From positions 128,001 to 192,000 of the forward strand of contig CBFIJH010000001.1 in NCBI GenBank assembly GCA_965662895.1: 64,000 nt of DNA, in the 5' to 3' direction. The notes under the pieces were generated by a model. That model saw only the letters and a list, made by a program, of their open reading frames with translations. It was not told the DNA's origin and made no database searches. Below, in pieces: positions 57,066-64,000 of the stretch. Both the position numbers and the translations under genes were made by a program. Each line of letters opens with the position of its first letter. Within the stretch, counting starts at the first letter, position 1. The DNA comes from Candidatus Poseidoniaceae archaeon (GTDB lineage Archaea > Thermoplasmatota > Poseidoniia > Poseidoniales > Poseidoniaceae).

Positions 57066-58803
57066 GTTGAAGGTCTGTCAGTTCTCGTAATGCAAGCATT
57101 GCTGGACCATCTGGCAGACGATCCAAACAAGCATGCGCATGTTGATGATACTCATTTGCTTTGACACGAGCATATTCGATGGAGCCAAGTTCCTCCAATG
57201 CAGCGATTCCGTCTTGAATCATCTCCTCTGTTGCTTCTTCACCCTTTCCTAACACGGACAGGAGTCGTGACTTGGTTTCTGAAGTGGGTTGCTTGAGAGC
57301 ATGAATGACCATCAGCGTCTGCTTACCTTGGGCAACATCCGAACCCGTTGGTTTCCCAAGCGTTGCTGAATCTGAAAGAACGTCAATTAAGTCGTCCATC
57401 AATTGGAAACAAAGACCTACGGAAAGACCCCAATCTGCAAGGCATTTGATGACGTCTTCATCGGCTCCCGCCACTCGTGCCCCAATTTCAGCACAGATGA
57501 GAAACATGACGGCAGTTTTTCCTTCGATCATCTCAAGATATTCCTCTTCTGTGACTCGCTCGCGTGTTTCAAACTCAATGTCCATTTGTTGGCCTTCGGA
57601 AACTCGTCGAACCATCCAAGCGATTCGATTTACCAATGAAGGTATATCTTGCAAGTCAATATTTGCTGACATAACAAGTCGCTCAAATGCAATGGCGAGC
57701 ATAGCATCCCCTGCATTGATCGCTGTCGGCATATCGTACTCGATATGCACAGCATTCCGGCCTCGCCGAATTTCATCATTGTCCATGATGTCATCGTGAA
57801 CGAGTGTGAAGTTGTGAATGGTTTCAATCGCAGCACCAATATCGAGAAGACCAGAATGCGTATCGCCTACAGCCCGTCCAACCAGCCATGGAAGCGTTGC
57901 ACGCATTCGTTTTCCTCCACCATGAATGAGATGCATCATTGCACCAGCCAGACGTTCATGACGAGAAGCAGTCAAACTCTCAACAATTCGCTGTTCAATG
58001 AACGGACGGACTTCTTTGATACTCGTCAAGAGATCTGCACCTTCAGCACTTGGCAGCATGTGCGTGACATCACCCATGTCGTGAATCTTGCCATCTCGGA
58101 GTGCCTCACACGCATCCTTGTCACCTGCAGCGCTCCACCATTCAGGCGTCATAATTCTTGCCGCAATGCAACGGAACCAAGGTGCAATAACTTCGTCTGA
58201 ATTATCAGCAACCAACATCGCGTCCAATTCCTCGAAGTTCACCCACCTTACTGCTGAGACTTCATTCGCATTCGGATGAAGTTCAACGTCGGCTTGAATC
58301 ATGAGAATGTGATCAATTTCTCGTTCAATCCAGTCAGCATTCATTCTGGAACAATAGCGCATTTTCGTTATGAAATGAAAATCATCAATGCTGAGCGATG
58401 AAGCTGGAATCCCTAACTCCTGATCGAGTTTGCGAATTGCAGCAAGTTTTACGCCTCTTGCATCTGTTTCATCCATCTCATCCTCACTTGCAAGAGGATG
58501 TGAGCAACAAGAGTTTGCCCAAACGCTTGGGAACGTAATCTTGTCATGTGCACGTTGCTGAAGCAGCAATTTTCCTTCCATATTGAACAATAAAACACTG
58601 AACGCCCGATGAAGTGCACCGGACTTGAAGTGGCTGTCTGCTTTGCTTATTGGGCCAATGACCACATCGTTTTCGTCGACCTGTAGGACAGCTTCCGCCA
58701 TCATGCTCACTTGTGTTGAATCGGGTGACTGGGCTGCCATCAATTTTGAAACAGTATTGTCAATATCCGCTTCTGGAACATCTCCGCTTGCGTAGTTCGA
58801 CAT
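57049..58803 (-). CDS. Fusion: type 1 IPP isomerase (NUDIX fold) + geranylgeranyl diphosphate synthase
   Basis: LHRAFSV.LFN, QQR..KITFP..WANSCCSHP, EREIDH; then GGKRMR, FTLVHDDIMD..RRG, GQ.MD, KTA, FQLMDDLID, GK..GSD. Start at MSNY (58803). Confidence 0.92.
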   Translation of the reverse strand: MSNYASGDVPEADIDNTVSKLMAAQSPDSTQVSMMAEAVLQVDENDVVIGPISKADSHFKSGALHRAFSVLLFNMEGKLLLQQRAHDKITFPSVWANSCCSHPLASEDEMDETDARGVKLAAIRKLDQELGIPASSLSIDDFHFITKMRYCSRMNADWIEREIDHILMIQADVELHPNANEVSAVRWVNFEELDAMLVADNSDEVIAPWFRCIAARIMTPEWWSAAGDKDACEALRDGKIHDMGDVTHMLPSAEGADLLTSIKEVRPFIEQRIVESLTASRHERLAGAMMHLIHGGGKRMRATLPWLVGRAVGDTHSGLLDIGAAIETIHNFTLVHDDIMDNDEIRRGRNAVHIEYDMPTAINAGDAMLAIAFERLVMSANIDLQDIPSLVNRIAWMVRRVSEGQQMDIEFETRERVTEEEYLEMIEGKTAVMFLICAEIGARVAGADEDVIKCLADWGLSVGLCFQLMDDLIDVLSDSATLGKPTGSDVAQGKQTLMVIHALKQPTSETKSRLLSVLGKGEEATEEMIQDGIAALEELGSIEYARVKANEYHQHAHACLDRLPDGPAMLALRELTDLQLKRLS

Positions 58804-58871
58804 ATGAGCCCCAACCTTTCTTTTGAGAGGCGCTACATAGAGAGTTCGCCTCAGGTCGCAGAAAACGACGC

Positions 58872-59114
58872 CTACTTTCGCCGAATGGACCAATTTTTTC
58901 GACCAAGCCCTTCGAGGGCTACGCCTGTCATTGCCCCCCATGCGAGAGGAGAATCGATGGCGAAGTAAAACATTGGAACCATGACAAGGAATGCTAGGAT
59001 CCAATGATGGAGCCAGAATGTCTTTGTTCGGATATGAAATTTTATGTTCTCAGTTGTCCAACGAACAATGGCGTAACTTGCGACGAGACCAAGTGCGTAC
59101 AAACCAAAGTCCAT
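58872..59114 (-). CDS. Small membrane protein
   Basis: 2-3 TM with WLHHW motif; lies between ipk and idi-GGPPS. Confidence 0.6.
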   Translation of the reverse strand: MDFGLYALGLVASYAIVRWTTENIKFHIRTKTFWLHHWILAFLVMVPMFYFAIDSPLAWGAMTGVALEGLGRKNWSIRRK

Positions 59115-59123
59115 AGCATCAAC

Positions 59124-59939
59124 TCAGGGTAAAATCGTCGTACCTCTCCACGGTTCACCACGAAGAAGTGCAAGGAGACGCTCAGGCTTCTCTCCATTGA
59201 AAAGATGAACACCGATTCCGGATTTGGCAACCAAATGCCCACGTGCCATTTTCAATCCAATTCCTCCAGTCACATCAATATCGGTTTGATGGAGTCCTTC
59301 GTACTCAATATTAGGCGACCATTCACGAATCAAATCATTCTCAGTTGCAACATGTGGTGGCACGCGTAGCAAACCATCAACCCCTCCCATTGCAAAAAGA
59401 AGGGATTCAATATTCCTCAATTCCAGTGACAGTCTCACAACGATATCATCTCCTGAAAGGATTCCAAACTTTCGTTCATCATCAACATCAACGACATCGC
59501 CGAATGTAATGTGAACCGTCTTCGGATCTGTCTCAGAAAATCTCGTGAGTGAACCAGAGAATTCTGGTCCAAGATTGCGGGCCCAACGATGTGGTGGATG
59601 AGAGCAAACCTTCAATTTGAATCGTTCCAGTTCAGAGGCAACAATTTTGTTCAAATTCAGCATATCACCCCGAACGCTCTCAACTGCCTCAAATTGCGAT
59701 TGACAGAAATCATCACTCAGTTCGAGGTCGGGAAGGTAACCTTCATTCAGACGCCATCGTTTTGCTTTCAAATGACCAAAAGAACCCGCTCCATGTACAA
59801 GGATGACTTGTATGCCGTCGTTCGTAATCGAGTGGACTGCTTCGCATAAGTCTCGAATGATTTCAAGATGTGCTACACATTCTTCGTCCTTTTTTGTGAT
59901 GAGGGCACCTCCAAATTTAATGACGATGCGTCTCACCAT
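59124..59939 (-). CDS. ipk: Isopentenyl phosphate kinase
   Basis: IKFGGALITKK, VHGAGSFGH, FGDVV, ILSGDD, DVTGG; start MVRR (59939). Confidence 0.9.
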   Translation of the reverse strand: MVRRIVIKFGGALITKKDEECVAHLEIIRDLCEAVHSITNDGIQVILVHGAGSFGHLKAKRWRLNEGYLPDLELSDDFCQSQFEAVESVRGDMLNLNKIVASELERFKLKVCSHPPHRWARNLGPEFSGSLTRFSETDPKTVHITFGDVVDVDDERKFGILSGDDIVVRLSLELRNIESLLFAMGGVDGLLRVPPHVATENDLIREWSPNIEYEGLHQTDIDVTGGIGLKMARGHLVAKSGIGVHLFNGEKPERLLALLRGEPWRGTTILP

Positions 59940-59960
59940 GGGATGGGCACGAATCTGACC

Positions 59961-59968
59961 TTCATGAG
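59961..59968 (-). promoter_or_regulatory. CTCATGAA TATA-position element for ipk
   Basis: At -29..-22 from ATG 59939. Confidence 0.55.
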
Positions 59969-60017
59969 TATGCCTACAAAACACAGGATTCAATAGTCTG
60001 CGTGGTTTGACAGCACT

Positions 60018-60359
60018 ATGACCGATGAGGGCCCAAGTCTCGATTCCTTCCTTCGCCACCTTCAGACAGAGGTCGAAGCGGCAAATGAGATTACAGACAA
60101 AGCGGAGCGAAACAATCGATTGTTGCAACTCGAGTCATCCATTCAAGAAGCCATCATTTTTGCGAATCGATACAAGGAACTCAAAAATCAAGGTGTTGAT
60201 CCGCTTCTTCTTGTCGACCCTAAAATACAGCAGGAACGTCCAGCTCCGCCAGCAACAAAAGGCCAATCAATCCTCTTGGGATCATCAACATGCGAAGCAT
60301 GTGGCAAACTGCTTGAAAACGACTTGGACTTCTGTCCAGCCTGCGGTGCAACGAAGTAA
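60018..60359 (+). CDS. Hypothetical protein with C-terminal zinc ribbon
   Basis: CEACG...FCPACG; TTCAATAG at -29. Confidence 0.75.
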   Translation: MTDEGPSLDSFLRHLQTEVEAANEITDKAERNNRLLQLESSIQEAIIFANRYKELKNQGVDPLLLVDPKIQQERPAPPATKGQSILLGSSTCEACGKLLENDLDFCPACGATK

Positions 60360-61049
60360 TTACTCTTCTTCTTCGCGTTCCCAACGTGCAACCGTATCAA
60401 CAATCATCGGATCGTCTTCACCAACCCGATAGAGGTATTCAGGAGGGACCTCATCGGTGAGAAATACAGTCTTTCCAGCCCGATAGATCGTGTGCCCATC
60501 CGCTACAGCACGAACCGTGTCGACCTCGATGATTGCAGGTCGATCGATACGGACATGACCTGCTTCAAGTGCATTCACGATGGTCTTGGAAAGGTGGATA
60601 TGGTTTCGAGTTCCTGAAGTGATGCCAAATTGAACGATGGCTTCTGCTTCTTCTGGTTCACATGGCCAGTACAATGCTTCTGGAATTTCATCGGTAGGTA
60701 GGTCGAGCTCAATTTCAATGGAATGGCCGTATGTGGCTCGAATCATCTCACCCTCGACTTGGTATCGTCCTTTCTCATCAGCATTGGCAATTGCTTCAAA
60801 GTGCCAACCTCGCAACCAGTGATAGTGACGACGCTGTCCGGAAATTGAATCCGCAAGTTCTCGGGTACTCACCCATCCATTGATGTCCATTTCTACATTA
60901 AATTTCTCAGGTGCGTGTCGAAGGACAAGCGCTAGCATCCGGCCGAGACTGCCCGCCTCTCGGTCACTCATGATGAATTTCCCTTCTTCATTGCATACAG
61001 GACAGTTCGTGCCACTGAAGTGACCGTGCTTTCTACATTGGCGCAGCAT
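60360..61049 (-). CDS. kptA: RNA 2'-phosphotransferase (KptA/Tpt1)
   Basis: LALVLRH.P, KGRY, IRATYGHS, HIHLS; N-terminal C..HG..CPVC. Confidence 0.92.
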   Translation of the reverse strand: MLRQCRKHGHFSGTNCPVCNEEGKFIMSDREAGSLGRMLALVLRHAPEKFNVEMDINGWVSTRELADSISGQRRHYHWLRGWHFEAIANADEKGRYQVEGEMIRATYGHSIEIELDLPTDEIPEALYWPCEPEEAEAIVQFGITSGTRNHIHLSKTIVNALEAGHVRIDRPAIIEVDTVRAVADGHTIYRAGKTVFLTDEVPPEYLYRVGEDDPMIVDTVARWEREEEE

Positions 61050-61070
61050 GAACGAGGCTATCGCCACCCA

Positions 61071-61078
61071 TTCATGAA
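61071..61078 (-). promoter_or_regulatory. TTCATGAA TATA-position element for kptA
   Basis: At -29..-22 from ATG 61049. Confidence 0.6.
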
Positions 61079-61132
61079 CCCTGCGGGTGAACGAACCGAC
61101 TCAATCAAATGCTTGTTTCGTTTGGAAGCGAC

Positions 61133-62302
61133 ATGGTCGATGTTGCAATGGTCGGTGCTAGCCAAACAAAATTTGGCAACCATCCTCTTGGACTCAAAGG
61201 GATGTGGTCTGAAGCAATGGAAAAAGCGATGCAAAGTGTTGATTTCGACTTTCATCCAACTCAAGTTGATGAAGCCTTCATTGGAAGCATCGCGTTTGGA
61301 GGATCACAATTAGGCAACACTGCCGCCCTTCTCACTGAGCATTCAGGAATGGAAGGCGTGAGCGTTCGGCGCGTTGAAAATGCATGTGCATCATCAGGCT
61401 TTGCTCTCCGAGATGCATGGATGGCTATCAAAAGCGGACAAGCAGATGTTGTTGTGGCTGGTGGAATCGAGAAAATGAACGATTTATCAGCATCAAGAAA
61501 ACGGTATTGGCTCGGCGTTTCTGGCGACACTGAATGGGAACGCCTCGCAGGTCTAACATTTCCTGGAACCTATGCACTCACAGCACGACGCTATTTTCAT
61601 GAATTTGATTCCACACACGATGACTTGGTTCACGTTTCGGTCAAAAACCACATGCATGGGTTCGACAATGAAGTCGCTCACCTACGGAAACAGGTGTCAT
61701 TCGAAAAGGCAAATTCCGGATTTATGGTCGCAGATCCTCTCACGCTCTACGATTGTTGTCCAACATCCGATGGTGCATCTGCCGTGATTTTGGTGGCAGA
61801 TCATCTCGCTCACAACTTCACGGATACACCTGTCTGGGTCAAAGGCTCTGGCGCTGGTTCGGATCACCTCGCTTTGCATGATCGCCCAAGTATCACAGAA
61901 CTCCGGGCGACGCAGGCCGCTGCATCCAAGGCATACAAAACCGCAGGTGTCAATGCATCTGACATCGATTTGGCAGAAGTGCATGATTGTTTTACCATCG
62001 CTGAAGTCCTCGCCACTGAAGATCTTGGCTTTGCATCTCGTGGGCAAGGTGGACGATTTGCTCGTGACGGAGAAGGACGGAGAAACGAAGGTCGTGTTGC
62101 CATTAATGCCAGCGGAGGTCTCAAGTCAAAAGGACACCCGCTTGGTGCAACAGGCACGGGTCAAGCTGTTGAAATCTTCAAACAACTGAGGCATGAGGTT
62201 GAACCAAATCGCCAAATCAGAGATGCTGAGTTGGGTCTGACACACAACGTCGGTGGTTCGGGTGCAACCTGTGCGGTGCACATTTTTGGGAGGGAGCGCT
62301 GA
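61133..62302 (+). CDS. Thiolase (archaeal SCP2-type acetyl-CoA acetyltransferase)
   Basis: VENACASS, KNH, CCPTSDGA, EVHDCF, KGHPLGATG, HNVGG. Confidence 0.92.
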   Translation: MVDVAMVGASQTKFGNHPLGLKGMWSEAMEKAMQSVDFDFHPTQVDEAFIGSIAFGGSQLGNTAALLTEHSGMEGVSVRRVENACASSGFALRDAWMAIKSGQADVVVAGGIEKMNDLSASRKRYWLGVSGDTEWERLAGLTFPGTYALTARRYFHEFDSTHDDLVHVSVKNHMHGFDNEVAHLRKQVSFEKANSGFMVADPLTLYDCCPTSDGASAVILVADHLAHNFTDTPVWVKGSGAGSDHLALHDRPSITELRATQAAASKAYKTAGVNASDIDLAEVHDCFTIAEVLATEDLGFASRGQGGRFARDGEGRRNEGRVAINASGGLKSKGHPLGATGTGQAVEIFKQLRHEVEPNRQIRDAELGLTHNVGGSGATCAVHIFGRER

Positions 62303-63105
62303 TGACAATTCAACACATTTCCAATGCCGACGGTGACTTTGCATGCAGCATGTACGGACCAGAATGGGCGGGACCGGATGGGGACAGGCTCACCTTGGCT
62401 CTCGCACTGCTGAAGCATTTAGGTTCAGGAAAGGTCCAATTGCATTCCTTCGAAAATCACCTTGTGTTCCAGCCAAGCGTTGGCATTTCAGAAATTATAG
62501 AGTCAGCAACAGATTGGAACATTGCTGAGGATTCTGGCATGTATCTCCACGCCCATGCTGATTTGTTTCTCGTGGCGATGAGTACATCGAGCGAGGAACC
62601 GGTTTGGCCTCAATTTGATTCGATTGAATATTCGAAAGAATTGAAAAATGAGTTGGAAGTTCAATGGAAAAAAGAAATTTCTGGAGTGAGTCAGGGCGCA
62701 TATGTATCACAGTCACAACACATGATTTCAACACCTTCACGACTCGGACTATTGGCTCAGCGGCATCAAGAACACCTCGTTTGGCCACCTCGCCAACTCA
62801 ATGAAGATGGAGAACGTATTGAAACTGCAACGACGAAGTTGTCCGAGTCAGCTACAATCTTGACTTGGACGCGACTGAGTCCCGCTGGAGCACCTTCTGA
62901 GTTCTCTGAACGAGCACCAATTCTGGATGGTGTTGCAACCGTTTTGGTCGCTTTTGATCAAGGACCGAAAGGGGTTTTTATGTTAGCAGACGATGAAAAA
63001 GGGACACCGAGCATCGGATCTCGAGTATGTTTCGAAATCCGTCGATTGTATGGACAGGATGAAATGATTCATTATGGCTTGAAAGCGCGACTCTTAAATT
63101 CCTAA
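62302..63105 (+). CDS. DUF35-like OB-fold protein with N-terminal extension, zinc ribbon lost
   Basis: GAYVS...WPPR, TWT...GAPSEF, V.F..GPK, IG.RV...RRLY.Q...HYG.K; coupled to the thiolase. Confidence 0.7.
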   Translation: MTIQHISNADGDFACSMYGPEWAGPDGDRLTLALALLKHLGSGKVQLHSFENHLVFQPSVGISEIIESATDWNIAEDSGMYLHAHADLFLVAMSTSSEEPVWPQFDSIEYSKELKNELEVQWKKEISGVSQGAYVSQSQHMISTPSRLGLLAQRHQEHLVWPPRQLNEDGERIETATTKLSESATILTWTRLSPAGAPSEFSERAPILDGVATVLVAFDQGPKGVFMLADDEKGTPSIGSRVCFEIRRLYGQDEMIHYGLKARLLNS

Positions 63106-63152
63106 ACGAGAGGATAGAAGCCTTCATAGAAAGTCTGAGGAGTGGGTGGCGT

Positions 63153-64000
63153 ATGGCTGGTTTTGGGGGTATCCGGAAAGGAAAAAAAGAAGCGGCAGAT
63201 AATCTGAGCATCCAAGAAGATGGAGATTGTGCTCGCTGTGGAGGAGAAAGCCAACCATCAACGATGGAAGGCTATCTCGCCTGTACCCGCTGTTCATACG
63301 AGTGGGCAGATCCAAATCATGTGTCAAAGAAGGTGCGTGGACCGCCTCCGAATCACCGTCGCGATTCTGAATTAATCAATGAATTCAAGGCTGAAATGGA
63401 ACGCGGCGACCTCAAAGGTGTACTCGGCGTCGATTCCAATCTCTCTGCTGAGCAAGAACAATCTCTGAAACGTCTCGAAGACAAATGGATGAGCGGCATG
63501 CAGGGTCATTACAATGCTGCATCTGAAGATCGGAAACCTCTGATGATTAGTTTTGATGATGATGACAATCTTGTTTCGACCGAGGTTGCTGCTTTGACAA
63601 TCGTTTCAAATGGATTCGATGGAGGTGAAGAAATTCGACTCGAGTATCCTGGAATTGGAACCGAATTTTATGCCTACAACGAGCGGAGCCCCACAGGTTG
63701 GAAACGTGGACGAAGCAGTGAAGAAACCGCCCGCTCGATCACCAACGTGATCAACAGATCCTCTCGGTTGGTCTATGCCAATCTTGAGGGAAGTCGAATT
63801 TCCTTTGAGTTACGCGACGACAAACTCAAACCCGAGTCGCTTGTACTGTTCGTTGACGACCCAGGCGGTCAGGACATCGTCGCAGAAAAAGGAGGAGTCA
63901 TCCTCGATTTCCGCGACGTCAACGTCCTTGATGATTACAGGAATGTAATCGCTCTTGTTCTTGAAGATGGCATCATCTCTCCAAGCGAGGATCAAATGAT
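63153..64000 (+). CDS. Hypothetical zinc-ribbon protein, truncated at the window end
   Basis: Manual translation MAGFGGIRKG..CARCGG..CTRCSYEW.., open to 64000; TTCATAGA at -30; ends LEDGIISPSEDQM. Confidence 0.75.
   Translation, partial: MAGFGGIRKGKKEAADNLSIQEDGDCARCGGESQPSTMEGYLACTRCSYEWADPNHVSKKVRGPPPNHRRDSELINEFKAEMERGDLKGVLGVDSNLSAEQEQSLKRLEDKWMSGMQGHYNAASEDRKPLMISFDDDDNLVSTEVAALTIVSNGFDGGEEIRLEYPGIGTEFYAYNERSPTGWKRGRSSEETARSITNVINRSSRLVYANLEGSRISFELRDDKLKPESLVLFVDDPGGQDIVAEKGGVILDFRDVNVLDDYRNVIALVLEDGIISPSEDQM

Noticed and set aside
58804-59004. N-terminal extensions given by the ORF track (also mqnD, mqnA, 33070, 39877 ORF, rps7, ipk)
   Set aside because: They overlap neighbours or promoters; homology, SD or -29 spacing points to downstream starts.
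63178-63190. A-rich run as a frameshift or phase-variation site
   Set aside because: The frame from ATG 63153 stays open through it (K-G-K-K-E).
1-64000. CRISPR arrays, tRNA/rRNA genes, IS elements, provirus, rhodopsin
   Set aside because: Intergenic gaps are short (mostly under 150 bp); by eye I found no repeat-spacer periodicity, cloverleaf, transposase, integrase or opsin motif. A covariance-model scan could still reveal small ncRNAs.

Overview
Gene-dense, mid-GC archaeal chromosome segment. Gene content (archaeal proteasome/exosome superoperon, uS12-uS7-EF-2, TiaS, Dph6, RFC-L, SRP54, split transketolase + transaldolase, futalosine genes, TSP3/lectin surface proteins, archaeosortase) fits Marine Group II Thermoplasmatota (Ca. 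Poseidoniales); this taxonomy is inferred from recalled family features, not from a search. About 50 CDSs. I saw no rRNA, tRNA, CRISPR array, transposase or integrase. Most notable: (1) a eukaryote-like deoxyhypusine hydroxylase (DOHH) ORF at the left edge, absent from the ORF track; (2) a palindromic YTCATGAA octamer at exactly -29..-22 from many start codons, read as a non-canonical TATA box for leaderless genes; (3) a Get3/ArsA ATPase with a C-terminal HSP20-like domain next to SRP54; (4) isoprenoid genes: a eukaryote-type IDI1-GGPP synthase fusion, IPK, a UbiD-type decarboxylase, and thiolase plus a zinc-less DUF35; (5) a 1763-aa Lhr helicase with an apparently duplicated AlkZ-like C-terminus. 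Several starts were moved from the ORF track using Shine-Dalgarno (SD) or promoter spacing.
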